The notes beneath the pieces were generated by a model. It was not told the DNA's origin and made no database searches. It saw only the letters and a list, made by a program, of their open reading frames with translations. Shown here piece by piece: positions 1 through 9,256 of a DNA stretch of 64,000 nt. The position numbers and the translations under genes are program-made. Source of the DNA: Amphiscolops sp. MND2022 (taxonomy: Eukaryota); the NCBI GenBank assembly GCA_964187785.1, contig OZ076409.1:98394001-98458000 (forward strand). Direction: 5' to 3'. Within the stretch, counting starts at the first letter, position 1; each line of letters starts with the position of its first letter.

Positions 1-1
1 T

Positions 2-523
2 TTATTCAAGGAAAAACCCAAAGCTGGCGTGGACTTCCCATTAGATGTTGTTATTTCCATTGGCTTACACTCACCTGTGCATGATGGGCTTTGTAACGCT
101 TTGCCAGACAATCACTATCATGTTTTGGCCCAGTGTTTTGGTGAAAATTATAAAGGGCAACCCAAAAGTTATTTATTACCATGTTTGTATTCAACCTACG
201 CCTTACTAATTGCAAACAGTGATGAAAAGGAAATATGTGGTGAAATTTTTGAAAAATTGGATCAAGCCGTTCAATACAATTGTGACCCTCCTAATCGAAA
301 CCCAAAGAAACTCTTGCCATCAATCTGTTTTTCTGTTCAAAAATGTGACAAGGCTGTGCAAGTCAGCTCTGGGTTGAGTCAAGGAACAATACAACGCTTG
401 GAAAATGTTATGCTTGGACCGTATGGTGGTCATTTCCTACTCATTGCTGATATTTTTCAAACTGGTCACGGATCGCTTAATTTTGTGCCTGTACTAACCT
501 TTTCTCTGAATGAAATTGTTTGA
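2..523 (+). CDS. C-terminal part of a hypothetical protein, convergent with the Polinton protease; ORF is open at the window start
   Basis: The frame is open from base 2 (LFKEKPKAGVDFPLDV...), so the GTG at 29 is probably internal. AATAAA follows the stop (525-530). Contains NHYHVLAQC. Confidence 0.6.
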   Translation, partial: LFKEKPKAGVDFPLDVVISIGLHSPVHDGLCNALPDNHYHVLAQCFGENYKGQPKSYLLPCLYSTYALLIANSDEKEICGEIFEKLDQAVQYNCDPPNRNPKKLLPSICFSVQKCDKAVQVSSGLSQGTIQRLENVMLGPYGGHFLLIADIFQTGHGSLNFVPVLTFSLNEIV

Positions 524-553
524 GAATAAAAATGTTTGAAATTAAACATTAAA

Positions 554-994
554 TTACATGAGAGTTTTTACAAAGCGAAGCAAATCAGTTTCAGAAATGT
601 AAGAAATCAATGGATAATACGAACTTAACAAAAAATGAGCAATATAAATACAATACAAACCACACAAGTTTGAATTTTGATTTTGTAACGGCGTCTTTGT
701 TGCATCTTTTAATGTCTGCTGAACTTGGATTGGTATCGCGGAGATTCTTTTAGCAATATTAGGATAATGTAAAAATAGGTCTAGTCCAAGGGGATCTGCA
801 AAGTTGAAAGTACCTTTCACGTTGCTCCAAACAATCCAATGTTTCCCAGCGCTGTTTGAGTTTTCTGAATTGACAATTACAAAAGTGCTGTTGGGTAATA
901 GGATAGGAAACTTGTCTGCGGGATAAATTCCTCCAAACTTGTATTTCAATCTTGGGCTGTTTTTTATTAGGTGGGCAATGTAATCTTCATCCAT
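554..994 (-). CDS. PRO: Adenain-like (adenovirus-type) cysteine maturation protease
   Basis: Catalytic motifs GKHW (His), FADPLG (Asp) and QNQNSNLCGLYC (Gln/Cys); N-terminal FGGIYPAD; 146 aa. Confidence 0.92.
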   Translation of the reverse strand: MDEDYIAHLIKNSPRLKYKFGGIYPADKFPILLPNSTFVIVNSENSNSAGKHWIVWSNVKGTFNFADPLGLDLFLHYPNIAKRISAIPIQVQQTLKDATKTPLQNQNSNLCGLYCIYIAHFLLSSYYPLISYISETDLLRFVKTLM

Positions 995-997
995 TTT

Positions 998-2305
998 TCA
1001 AGTGGTAGGGTTTAACATGACGTTTTTGGAGACTTTTCTATGAGAGTCAATGTAAATTGTTGATGCTTTTTCGCCCAACAGAAACACCTCAGTGTTCACT
1101 GCCAGCGCTGCTGAAAACTTCAACTCGAGCGAAATGGCTGCGTTAGTGAGCTCAGGATAAAGAAAATCATGAGATGCTTGTTGGGTGCTAGTCAGGTCAA
1201 ACACCATTACAAAATGATTAGCATAGTCGGCGAAAGGAATTCCATGTCCATGATGACCAAAGGCGAGAGCATCCATTGTTGACATGTAAACTCGTTTTAG
1301 ATCATCTGTTGCCAAAGGAGTTCCTGCAACAGGGTATCCATTCCGGTAAACAGTAACTTCGTTTAGGTTATGTTTTTGGTAATGAAATGGATTTGTGTCT
1401 TTTGAACCAAGAAAAGACGCATTACTGACGAGCGCCAAAGCGAATCGTCGAATTGGTTCTCGACTGAAAACGTCTTCCTTACTCCAACTGCGACTACCTG
1501 TCGGAATGAGAAAAGTTTTGGGTAGAACCTCTGTGTACCGATACAGAGCTGGAGTTTTTGTCAGAGTTTTCTCTATGGCTATAAAAACCTGCTCAGAAAC
1601 TGTCATTTTCCGGACGTAAAGATTGGCTTGGGTAATGGTAATTTTGTAATTTTTTGCAACGTCATCATGAATCAAAACAAACTCTGGTTTCGAACGGACA
1701 AAAGAAATTCGCAAAGTCACTCCACTCAGTAAACGTTTATCACAAGAAAATACATCAGCTGCAACTTTTCCAAAAAATGTTAATTCTCCAGACTGTCTCG
1801 ACTCCAATTCTCTGTTTGTAAATGGAGTTGTTGTACTGTTCCCAGGATGCTGCTCATATGTATATCCTTGGCAACGTAACCATGTTTCTTTGGCTTCCTT
1901 GCCATTCGAATATTCGGTTTCAACAAAGGCCTTGTGTGCGTAAACACCGTTTGCATTGGAAATTTTTATTCCATTAGCAGTAACAGTGCATTCGGAGAAT
2001 AGAGAGTGTAATGTATTATTCACAAAAATAGGAGTGTCTGTTTGTGTTGCATCCGTTGCATCATATCGTAAGTCATTTCCATCGCTTTGTTTAATTTTGC
2101 ATTTTATCTCGAGAAAAATTTTTTGTAGGTCCAAAAAATTATTTCGGTCTCCTACAACTTCAAATTCCAATGTTGGTCCATTGGGGGAGTAAATCGGGCC
2201 AATCTTTTGTTCAAAGGAAGAGTCAAATGTAATCAAAACAGGTGATCGTTCAAAAATGTCGAGGGAACTATGTGAAGCTTCGAGTGGTAAAATATTAGGC
2301 AACAT
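998..2305 (-). CDS. MCP: Polinton major capsid protein (double jelly-roll), 435 aa from ATG at 2305
   Basis: SLDIF...PTLEFEVVGD..FLDLQKIFLEIKCKI N-terminus, NNTLHSLFS, YRQKHN/NPFHYQ and VFDLT motifs typical of Polinton MCP. The 556-aa ORF in the track includes a fused upstream gene. Confidence 0.88.
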   Translation of the reverse strand: MLPNILPLEASHSSLDIFERSPVLITFDSSFEQKIGPIYSPNGPTLEFEVVGDRNNFLDLQKIFLEIKCKIKQSDGNDLRYDATDATQTDTPIFVNNTLHSLFSECTVTANGIKISNANGVYAHKAFVETEYSNGKEAKETWLRCQGYTYEQHPGNSTTTPFTNRELESRQSGELTFFGKVAADVFSCDKRLLSGVTLRISFVRSKPEFVLIHDDVAKNYKITITQANLYVRKMTVSEQVFIAIEKTLTKTPALYRYTEVLPKTFLIPTGSRSWSKEDVFSREPIRRFALALVSNASFLGSKDTNPFHYQKHNLNEVTVYRNGYPVAGTPLATDDLKRVYMSTMDALAFGHHGHGIPFADYANHFVMVFDLTSTQQASHDFLYPELTNAAISLELKFSAALAVNTEVFLLGEKASTIYIDSHRKVSKNVMLNPTT

Positions 2306-2668
2306 TTTTGACTTTTGAAAAGAAATCGGACCGACTTCTCTGTTTGCGTTTTGATTTCGTAATGGTTTTTCGTTTCTTTGAAGAACGTTTGCTTTTTCCA
2401 CGATCTGCTTCTTTATCGTCTTTTTCATAGCTGTTTTAGCAGCCTCACGTGGCGATTTTCGCTTTGCAATAACATCAAAGACCTCAGGGACACTTTGAAC
2501 GAGCAATTCTTTGCCAATTTTTTTTGCAGCAGGTAAAATAAAATTTTTTGCAAAGGGTAAAGCCACTCGGCCAATACCGGCTGCCAGTGCACCAATTCCA
2601 CTACCTCGTTGTCTGTTGTAACTGGCGAAAAGGGGTAAATACACTTGCTTTGAGTAATAGTCTTCCAT
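2295..2668 (-). CDS. Basic/amphipathic virion core protein (QRGSGIG motif), frameshifted at about 2400
   Basis: RQRGSGIGALAAGIG... amphipathic helix. Adding 1 nt at about 2400 restores QIGG|KSKRSSKKRKTITKSKRKQRSRSDFFSKVKNVA* with the stop at 2295-2297 overlapping the MCP ATG. Confidence 0.72.
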
Positions 2669-3534
2669 TAGGCGAATTTTTTAAATTTTAGGGTCAAAAC
2701 AACTTGACCTTTACCACAAAAGGGTACCAGGATCCCAGTCTCTGTTCTGAGTTGAATGCTTATTGTTTGAATATTTTGAACCAACAGTTTCTTGTATTGT
2801 AAATCAAAAAATGATCTTGTTTCCAAATTCTGGGTTGTCACGACCTTGCCACTTTCAACACGTTTCCCACTATCAATGATTCTCAAAACGGGTGCTTTTA
2901 CGTCGCCCGTGTTTTGATATTCAATCAAATCAGTGTAAACAAGAATTAGACTAATGCCAGAAATCAAATCCACCGGAAAGTCATTCACAACCCATCTACT
3001 GTTCAGGATGTCTTCGTTTCCTATATGAATACCAAAAGCAGTCTCTTTTCCCTTGAATCCAAGTAGGTTGGGAATGTTTCTGTTAGGAAAAGTGTAGCCA
3101 GCATATGCATCAAATTTAATTTCTAGGCCATTTTCGGTGGATCTATGTTTACCGTCTTCCGTGAGTAAATTTACTTTTGAACGCATTTCAAAAAGCAGGT
3201 TGTTGATATGACTGTACATCGAAGGTCTTATCTTTAGTTTTTGATAATATGGAACAACTGGTTCAGAGTCAATTTCAATTTCCTCTGCTTTTTCTTCATC
3301 AATTTCGTCAAGGTTTTCTTCATCTTCCTTCTTTTTGGTAGTGTGAACGTAATAAAAAAAGTCTGTGTAAACGTTATTAATTTCCGAGGGAAAAATAATT
3401 TCTGATAGAGCCACACGCCAGTCGCCTTCCAGGGAAATGTTTTGTGGGAGTTGATTTTTGAATGCTGCCAATGTATTGTCACCAAAAATTTCTAATGACG
3501 CTGTGGATAATAAATGAACTTCAAATTCGTCCAT
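2668..3534 (-). CDS. Polinton minor capsid protein (penton-like, single jelly-roll)
   Basis: F.V.L.S.AS..IF.DNT...FKNQLP..ISLEGDWRVALSEIIFP and YTDLIEYQ.TGDVKAPVLRII motifs; position between integrase and MCP. Confidence 0.88.
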   Translation of the reverse strand: MDEFEVHLLSTASLEIFGDNTLAAFKNQLPQNISLEGDWRVALSEIIFPSEINNVYTDFFYYVHTTKKKEDEENLDEIDEEKAEEIEIDSEPVVPYYQKLKIRPSMYSHINNLLFEMRSKVNLLTEDGKHRSTENGLEIKFDAYAGYTFPNRNIPNLLGFKGKETAFGIHIGNEDILNSRWVVNDFPVDLISGISLILVYTDLIEYQNTGDVKAPVLRIIDSGKRVESGKVVTTQNLETRSFFDLQYKKLLVQNIQTISIQLRTETGILVPFCGKGQVVLTLKFKKFA

Positions 3535-4519
3535 TTTTCTTTTTCACCAAAATCAATTCAGGCTGATAAAACTTGCCCAAGAGTTTTTCCTTCTCAGAGT
3601 CCAGTAAGTTGTAAGTTGGGGGATTGAGAGTTGCGATTTTTTCAATTTGAAAAATTTCGTCGGTAAAATTCTGTTTGTAACCTTTTTTGAAGGGTAAGTT
3701 TTCTTTTGACACTCTCACAAAGTCACCGACTATGAATTTCGGCACTCGTAGCTGTTTAGTGGACTTGTAAGAAACCAGAGAAATCAAATGAGGTACATCT
3801 TTATCTGAAACCTTCTTTGGAGCCAATCCTGTCACTCGGTTTACTCGTGAATTTATGATGTCAACAAAGTCATGGAGTTTTTTGATGTATTGATAAGACC
3901 ATCTCTTTTCCAAATGTTTATATATAATGTTTTTTAGAGAACGAATATTACGTTCTGCAAAAGCAGATTTTGTCTCACTATGAGTGCTGTAAATGTCAAT
4001 GTTTTTGGAATCGCAGAACTGCTTAAATTCCCCTTTAAACTCTGATCCCTTGTCTGACCAGATTTTTTCGGGAATGGACTTTGTTATCATTCTTTTGAAT
4101 GCTCTTGTTGAATCTGCTGCACTTTTTGTTTTCATTGGTTCAACCCGTAGGAATCTCGATAGTACATCAACTGCAACTAGCAAGTATTTCACACCGTTGT
4201 TGTATTTTGCTAATTTGTCCATATAAGCAACATCTATCGACCAAATCTCATTGATTCTGTAAGCTTGAACCTTCAATCGTGGAAATTTTTTTCTGGGAGC
4301 GTGATATTTTGTATGAGCGTCTGTTTGAGCCAAAAATGTTTCCACTTTCCTTTTTGGAAGCTTACTAGCTTTTTTCAAGTTTTCAACGCTACCATAAGCA
4401 GCTGGACCTTGTGTGTAAAGTTTCTCGAGGGTTTTTCTTTCAGATTCCGAGAGATGTCCATATTTTCGATCCAGACGCTTTGCTTTTAGCAATTTCTTCA
4501 GATTCTTCGTTGCTGGCAT
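3521..4519 (-). CDS. INT: Retroviral-like DDE integrase of Polinton
   Basis: WSIDVAYM (D), IWSDKGSEF (D), AFAERNIRSLK (E); C-terminal FKKGYKQNFTDEIF; no chromodomain seen. Confidence 0.95.
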   Translation of the reverse strand: MPATKNLKKLLKAKRLDRKYGHLSESERKTLEKLYTQGPAAYGSVENLKKASKLPKRKVETFLAQTDAHTKYHAPRKKFPRLKVQAYRINEIWSIDVAYMDKLAKYNNGVKYLLVAVDVLSRFLRVEPMKTKSAADSTRAFKRMITKSIPEKIWSDKGSEFKGEFKQFCDSKNIDIYSTHSETKSAFAERNIRSLKNIIYKHLEKRWSYQYIKKLHDFVDIINSRVNRVTGLAPKKVSDKDVPHLISLVSYKSTKQLRVPKFIVGDFVRVSKENLPFKKGYKQNFTDEIFQIEKIATLNPPTYNLLDSEKEKLLGKFYQPELILVKKKNGRI

Positions 4520-5057
4520 CTGATTCGTCTCGAGTGGGTTCTGCTCTCTTTCTTGTTGTACTAGGGTTCAAAATGTTTTTGGCGTTCCGGTTAGGCACTA
4601 AATTAGGATTTACCATCAATTCTTTAAGAATGATAGAGTATGAAGGATCAGTTAGGTTTTTGTTGGGTTGCTGCAGATTATAAAGAAATGTTGAGAGCGA
4701 AATTTTTGTGGAAATTTTGTTTACTGTAATATCGCCTGTTTCATCAAAATCAATTGTTTCGGAAGATTCAATTTTGTTCAAAAATTCTCTCGTTCTTTGT
4801 TTTTGTGCCGCTGTGAGCATATCCAAAGACTTTAAAATATTTTCTTTACTGGTTTTTTCTTTCTTTTCTACTGTTGAGGGGTCCTGAAAAGTATTGTTTC
4901 TTTGCAGTAGAGCGAGAGACTTTGCCTTTTGTTCAACTTCTGGGTCTCTCAAAACTTGCAGTGTGGAGTGTTTCTGTTGAGTATAAAAACTTTTTGGGAT
5001 AAGTACAAATTCTTGGGTGTTCATAACGGAATTCAATCTGTCAGGTAACAGAAACAA
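4440..5057 (-). CDS. Conserved Polinton protein of unknown function
   Basis: Overlaps both neighbours; FVLIP N-terminus, IDFDETGDI and C-terminal Trp resemble the usual Polinton core ORF at this position (from recall, not searched). Confidence 0.65.
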   Translation of the reverse strand: MFLLPDRLNSVMNTQEFVLIPKSFYTQQKHSTLQVLRDPEVEQKAKSLALLQRNNTFQDPSTVEKKEKTSKENILKSLDMLTAAQKQRTREFLNKIESSETIDFDETGDITVNKISTKISLSTFLYNLQQPNKNLTDPSYSIILKELMVNPNLVPNRNAKNILNPSTTRKRAEPTRDESDASNEESEEIAKSKASGSKIWTSLGI

Positions 5058-5335
5058 GGCCGAATAATAAAGTTTAACAATTTGAGACCTTTTGGTGACA
5101 TTAAAATTTTTCTGCGTTCCTTATTGGAGGTAGACCTTTTACAAAGTAATCTGAGTTGGATTTCGTACTGTTTTAATTCGTCCACGTTGATACCAACCGT
5201 TCCATTCACAACATTGATTGCACACTCGCAACAAAATTTCAAAAATTCCTTGTCACAATGTCGTAGAAGTTTTTGTTGCTGTACTGAAGTGAGTTTTTCC
5301 AAGAGACTGAGTGTATGCAAATTTTTCTCGCTCAT
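5033..5335 (-). CDS. Conserved small basic Polinton virion-associated protein
   Basis: LLRHC..EFLKFCCECAINVVNGTV motif, typical of the Polinton ORF downstream of the ATPase. Confidence 0.7.
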   Translation of the reverse strand: MSEKNLHTLSLLEKLTSVQQQKLLRHCDKEFLKFCCECAINVVNGTVGINVDELKQYEIQLRLLCKRSTSNKERRKILMSPKGLKLLNFIIRPCFCYLTD

Positions 5336-5978
5336 TGTTAATTTCTGTAATTTTTGCTTGTGACGAAGGCAAATAAAATATTGTTGGTCCTGGTCCTACA
5401 ATGTTTGAACAAAAGCGTAGACATTCACTTGTCTTTGGATCCAAATCAATGAGTAAATGACCATGTGGTTCTGCAACAGCGTCTGTGTAGCACTCTTTTA
5501 GAAATACAGCTTTGTTTAATTGTCTTCCAAGATATTCAATTTGCTGTGTGTCACGAGGAGAATTAAAAAGAATAATGTGGGTTGTGTTGAGGTCAATTGT
5601 ACGTGACCACTTACTTTGATGATACAAATTATGTTTGACAAAAATACAGTTAATTCCTCTGTGTCGGCCAGAGACTGCAATTTTTGCAAAGTTTTTATCT
5701 TGGTAAATTTCTTCGCAAGAGTCGTCAAATATCAGCAAACACTCCTGAAGCGTCTTTATCAAATCAAAATCTAGACAACTGATAAACTCGATGTTCATCC
5801 GTTTTTCCACTTCTTTGAAAATTTGTTGGAACTCCCGATAAAAGTAGTAAATTTTTTGAAAGCGTGGATAAAAGGTCTTGGATGTGAGCATAGAAAAAAT
5901 CAGTCGGGTTTTTCCAGATCCAGATGGTCCAACAACTGACATGAAAACTCTTTCTGTAGTAAAAATGACTTTGTTCAT
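5253..5978 (-). CDS. A32/FtsK-like DNA packaging ATPase
   Basis: Walker A GPSGSGKT, Walker B LLIFDD, SGRHRGINCIFVKHNLY and PHGHLLIDL motifs. Confidence 0.94.
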   Translation of the reverse strand: MNKVIFTTERVFMSVVGPSGSGKTRLIFSMLTSKTFYPRFQKIYYFYREFQQIFKEVEKRMNIEFISCLDFDLIKTLQECLLIFDDSCEEIYQDKNFAKIAVSGRHRGINCIFVKHNLYHQSKWSRTIDLNTTHIILFNSPRDTQQIEYLGRQLNKAVFLKECYTDAVAEPHGHLLIDLDPKTSECLRFCSNIVGPGPTIFYLPSSQAKITEINNEREKFAYTQSLGKTHFSTATKTSTTL

Positions 5979-6253
5979 AATTTTGGGCTAGGTAAAAGAT
6001 ATCCAACTGATCCAGCCAAAAGTGATGTCCAAAATGGCATGTCTTCACATGATACTTCAAAAAAGATTAGTTTCACCAGACAAATTGTTATCACAAAGAA
6101 AGCTGAGAATACATGAACAAAAAATATAACTTGCGATCGTGGTATGTTTGTAGCAAAACAAAATTTCCAGGCTGGTCTCTCGTTATTCTCTTTATCGAAC
6201 ACAATTTCTTGACATGATAATACATCTGGTAAATCAACTGTTTCTGAACCCAT
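5975..6253 (-). CDS. Small two-transmembrane viral protein
   Basis: Two hydrophobic helices and C-terminal GYLLPSP; ATG/stop overlap with the ATPase. Confidence 0.72.
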   Translation of the reverse strand: MGSETVDLPDVLSCQEIVFDKENNERPAWKFCFATNIPRSQVIFFVHVFSAFFVITICLVKLIFFEVSCEDMPFWTSLLAGSVGYLLPSPKL

Positions 6254-6587
6254 TTTTCAAAAAGTGTACTAGGAAATTATTAAATTCAATTCCAATTAAT
6301 TGTACATTATTACACACACGTTGTATATCAGAAATGGTTCAAAATTGTTAAATAAAATGTTAGTACAAAAGATACAAAAAATTGTACTGCGGAACATCAT
6401 GCATTGTTTCCTTAGTACGTGCCGGACCTTGTGTGTCGTTTACACAAGTTTTTTGTTGGCTGTCAATGTTGAGGTAGGTTAAGGTGCAGAGACAAGATTT
6501 TTCTTGCCATTGAGGCACCGAAGGACTACACTACAGAGAGAGTTAGTTTCAAAACAAAAAAAGCATTATATCAAATCACACAAAAAG

Positions 6588-6932
6588 TCAGTTCAAACTT
6601 TTGCTCCTTGGTAAGACGAATATTCTTTGGGTTTCCAGCATTATAAATGAATTCCATTCTTTATCTTTTGTTTCCAAATCGATTTTGAATTTTGAGCCAG
6701 TTTTCCCGGATCCGTAATAGAACCAAATTCTGAGGACACTTTTGGATTTGACTACGTCCCTCACTTCTTGTGGTAGATTCGGGCAATTTTTGTCAATTTC
6801 GACAGGAGGAGGTGGCCTGGAAATGTGCATGTTTAAAGGAGGTAGTTTCTTTTTCATCCTGGACAGTTTTGAGTCTCGTGCACTAGAAGCTACTGACATA
6901 TTCTTTCCAAAAGTCCTGCTTGCTTCCACCAC
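6588..6932 (-). CDS. Hypothetical Polinton accessory protein
   Basis: 114-aa ORF, co-oriented and abutting the upstream ORF. Confidence 0.5.
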   Translation of the reverse strand: MVEASRTFGKNMSVASSARDSKLSRMKKKLPPLNMHISRPPPPVEIDKNCPNLPQEVRDVVKSKSVLRIWFYYGSGKTGSKFKIDLETKDKEWNSFIMLETQRIFVLPRSKSLN

Positions 6933-6936
6933 ACCA

Positions 6937-7506
6937 CTATTGTTTGGAACAGCCTACACACAGACGCTCAAGTTTGGAGTCAACTTTTGATTGGTTTGCA
7001 TTGCGCCTACTCTCTAACCACTGATAAGCAACAGCAGTTTTCAATTTGCTGCAATGCCAGAAATGTTGTTGTTGACTATTCCATGGGAGAAAGTTTGCGT
7101 GGTTCCCACAAGAAACCACAGCATTAACACATAAATGTTTAATTGGGGGACAACCAAGCCTTTGCAAAATGTAAACTTCTTTAAAATAGTTGGAGATAAA
7201 TGCTCTCTTCACATGTCCGTCGACAAAAACAATTGCGTTGGGAAAACGAAGTCGTAAACTGGCCAAATAATTATGGATAGAAGTGTAAGGGTAAACGCCA
7301 CTGTCCCAGTCAATACCGTGTATTCTTTTTGTTAAGAATATTATCGAGTCGCGGTTAATAGTTGAAATTGTAGAAAAGGCTTGAGGAGGTTTGAAAAGTA
7401 GGGTTTCTTGATAATTTTTACTGTGAACGCTCAGCTCTTTAACGATAAGACCGTTGTAGTCAAACCCTTCAAAGTCAATAACAAGAATTTCGTTCTCATT
7501 CAACAT
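6937..7506 (-). CDS. DEDD-like 3'-5' exonuclease-fold accessory protein
   Basis: N-terminal ILVIDFEGF (D-x-E), LTKRIHGIDWDSG, later Cys/His cluster (CGNH...HCS). Confidence 0.6.
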   Translation of the reverse strand: MLNENEILVIDFEGFDYNGLIVKELSVHSKNYQETLLFKPPQAFSTISTINRDSIIFLTKRIHGIDWDSGVYPYTSIHNYLASLRLRFPNAIVFVDGHVKRAFISNYFKEVYILQRLGCPPIKHLCVNAVVSCGNHANFLPWNSQQQHFWHCSKLKTAVAYQWLESRRNANQSKVDSKLERLCVGCSKQ

Positions 7507-7916
7507 TCCAATTCACGGAACCAGTGGGCTTGTGCTGAATATTTGAGTTTCAAAATGCTCCAGAGAGGGCGAACTGAGCATGACCAAAACTTTTGCAATC
7601 TGGTTCTTCTATTCAAGCAGTCACACACGTCACTAAACGCCCCCATAAGCTCTTGCGAGTCGCGAACAATCACAAATAATCTGTACACTTTGCAATACTT
7701 GTAGAAAATTTCACATTTGATTTCTGGTTCTTCTTTCAGCAAATATTTCAAATGGTCCAAAGTAATGTTGTTGAAGTTGCAATTTTTTAGATATACCAAA
7801 CAAAAACTTAGCACATACTTTTGATAAGTTTCGAATTTGTCCGAATTGTCTAATGAAAGTCTATGAAAAGTTTGCTGCACTTTTACAACGTCTATTTTTT
7901 GGGGGTCCATTTCCAA
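7500..7916 (-). CDS. Hypothetical Polinton accessory protein
   Basis: 138-aa ORF overlapping the next ORF; first gene inside the terminus. Confidence 0.55.
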   Translation of the reverse strand: MEMDPQKIDVVKVQQTFHRLSLDNSDKFETYQKYVLSFCLVYLKNCNFNNITLDHLKYLLKEEPEIKCEIFYKYCKVYRLFVIVRDSQELMGAFSDVCDCLNRRTRLQKFWSCSVRPLWSILKLKYSAQAHWFRELEC

Positions 7917-8229
7917 TTTTGATTCTCAGCATTCCTTCCTGCTGCTGATATTTCCTTTATAATGAATTTTTATCAAAACACGTTCGTAACATCAGACGAA
8001 TAATGCATTCGAACAAAACTGTACATAAATTTCACACCCTCTCGTACCCTATTAAACTTTGGTGTGAATTATACGACAAACTAGATTACTTTTTATTGGC
8101 CGATTGATCGCTTGGCACAACAATACTACAACCCGACTTGACTTTTATTACCACCGATTTTCAAGGTTAGTACTTTCCAAACTTTCAGGCATTCAAAGAA
8201 TAAACAAGAGTGTCTACGCTTTTACATGT

Positions 8230-8468
8230 ACTTTCGCAAAAATCCGATTCCAAAAACGAATACAGAAAGAATCCAAAAAACGAATACAAAAAGAATCCGA
8301 CCAATAATTTACTTTCGTAGTCAAAAGCCGAAGTATTTCCGAACACCAATTTGGAAGGACCCCTTCCTTTTAGGGATAGGTCCTAAAATTTCAGAGCAAG
8401 GACCCACCCCGTGAAAACCGAGGACCCCCCCCCCCCCCGTTGAAAGGCCGGCGGAAATCTTAACTACT
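8230..8468. repeat. Probable terminal inverted repeat region of the Polinton
   Basis: C-tracts (8425-8438), a short internal duplication near 8245-8300 and terminal ACTACT. The partner TIR is outside the window, so the left limit is approximate. Confidence 0.6.
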
Positions 8469-8549
8469 GCTGTTAAGTATTTCGGGGTGTTAAGTTGGCT
8501 ACTTAGGGGCGCGAATAACGTCTAAAATCCAATGTACTGAGATTATAAA

Positions 8550-9256
8550 CAGGGTTCGCATGTTTAAAACAGAGGTTGCTTCAAACACGTTTTAAAAATA
8601 GCTGAAATTTAACCTTTGTTTGTCACATGGATGGCATCTCCAATTGTTAATACTGGAAGAAAACGAGATGCAATTTGGCTCGAATTTGAACGATCACAAG
8701 ATGGTGTAAAAGACCCAAATGCAAACATTGTCCCTTGATGAAACACGCAACCGCCTCTCAATAGAAAAAGCCAACAAATTGGCATTTAATTTCAGACTTT
8801 TGTAGTGATCTTCAGTTTAGAGTGTTAGATTTTAGATACATTTTAGATTTTTTTGATTTTGTGAGCCAAGTCATGCTTATTCATAACCAGGGTTCAGAAA
8901 AAAACACGTTTCTGTAAAAATTATGTTTTAAACAAAAATTGCTTGTCAAAAACATGTCGAAAGCTCGAAATCTCAATTTGAATTCATAAACACAAAAATC
9001 TAAAATGTATCTAAAATCTAACACTCTAAACTGAAGATCACTACAAAAGTCTGAAGCAAAATGCCAATTTGTTGGCTTTTTCTATTGAGAGGCGGTTGCG
9101 TGTTTCATCAAGGGACCATGTTTGCATTTGGCTTTTTTACCATCTGATCGTTCAAATTCCAGCCAAATTGCATCGTTTTCTTCCAGTAATAACAATTGGA
9201 GATGCCATTCATGTGACAAACAAAGGTTAAATTTCAGCTATTTTTAGACGTTATTC
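8550..9256. mobile_element. Palindromic, internally deleted hAT derivative
   Basis: CAGGGTT hAT-like starts at 8550 and 8888. About 255-bp inverted arms (8594-8855 / 8995-9245) encode GRKRDAIWLEF..AKCKHC (BED finger) joined to RNRLSIEKANKLAFCFRLL* (hAT C-terminus). Confidence 0.7.

Larger units (their letters stand above)
1..8468 (-). mobile_element. Polinton/Maverick (adintovirus-like) endogenous virus, right part; continues left of the window
   Basis: Tightly packed, overlapping minus-strand ORFs for adenain-like protease, double jelly-roll capsids, DDE integrase and A32/FtsK-like ATPase. Ends in ...TTAACTACT at 8468 (AGTAGT on the minus strand, the typical Polinton terminus). pPolB and the left TIR are not in the window. 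Confidence 0.93.

Noticed and set aside
998-2668. A single 556-aa major capsid protein
   Set aside because: Better explained as core protein plus MCP joined by a frameshift; the off-frame basic tail and its own stop are visible.
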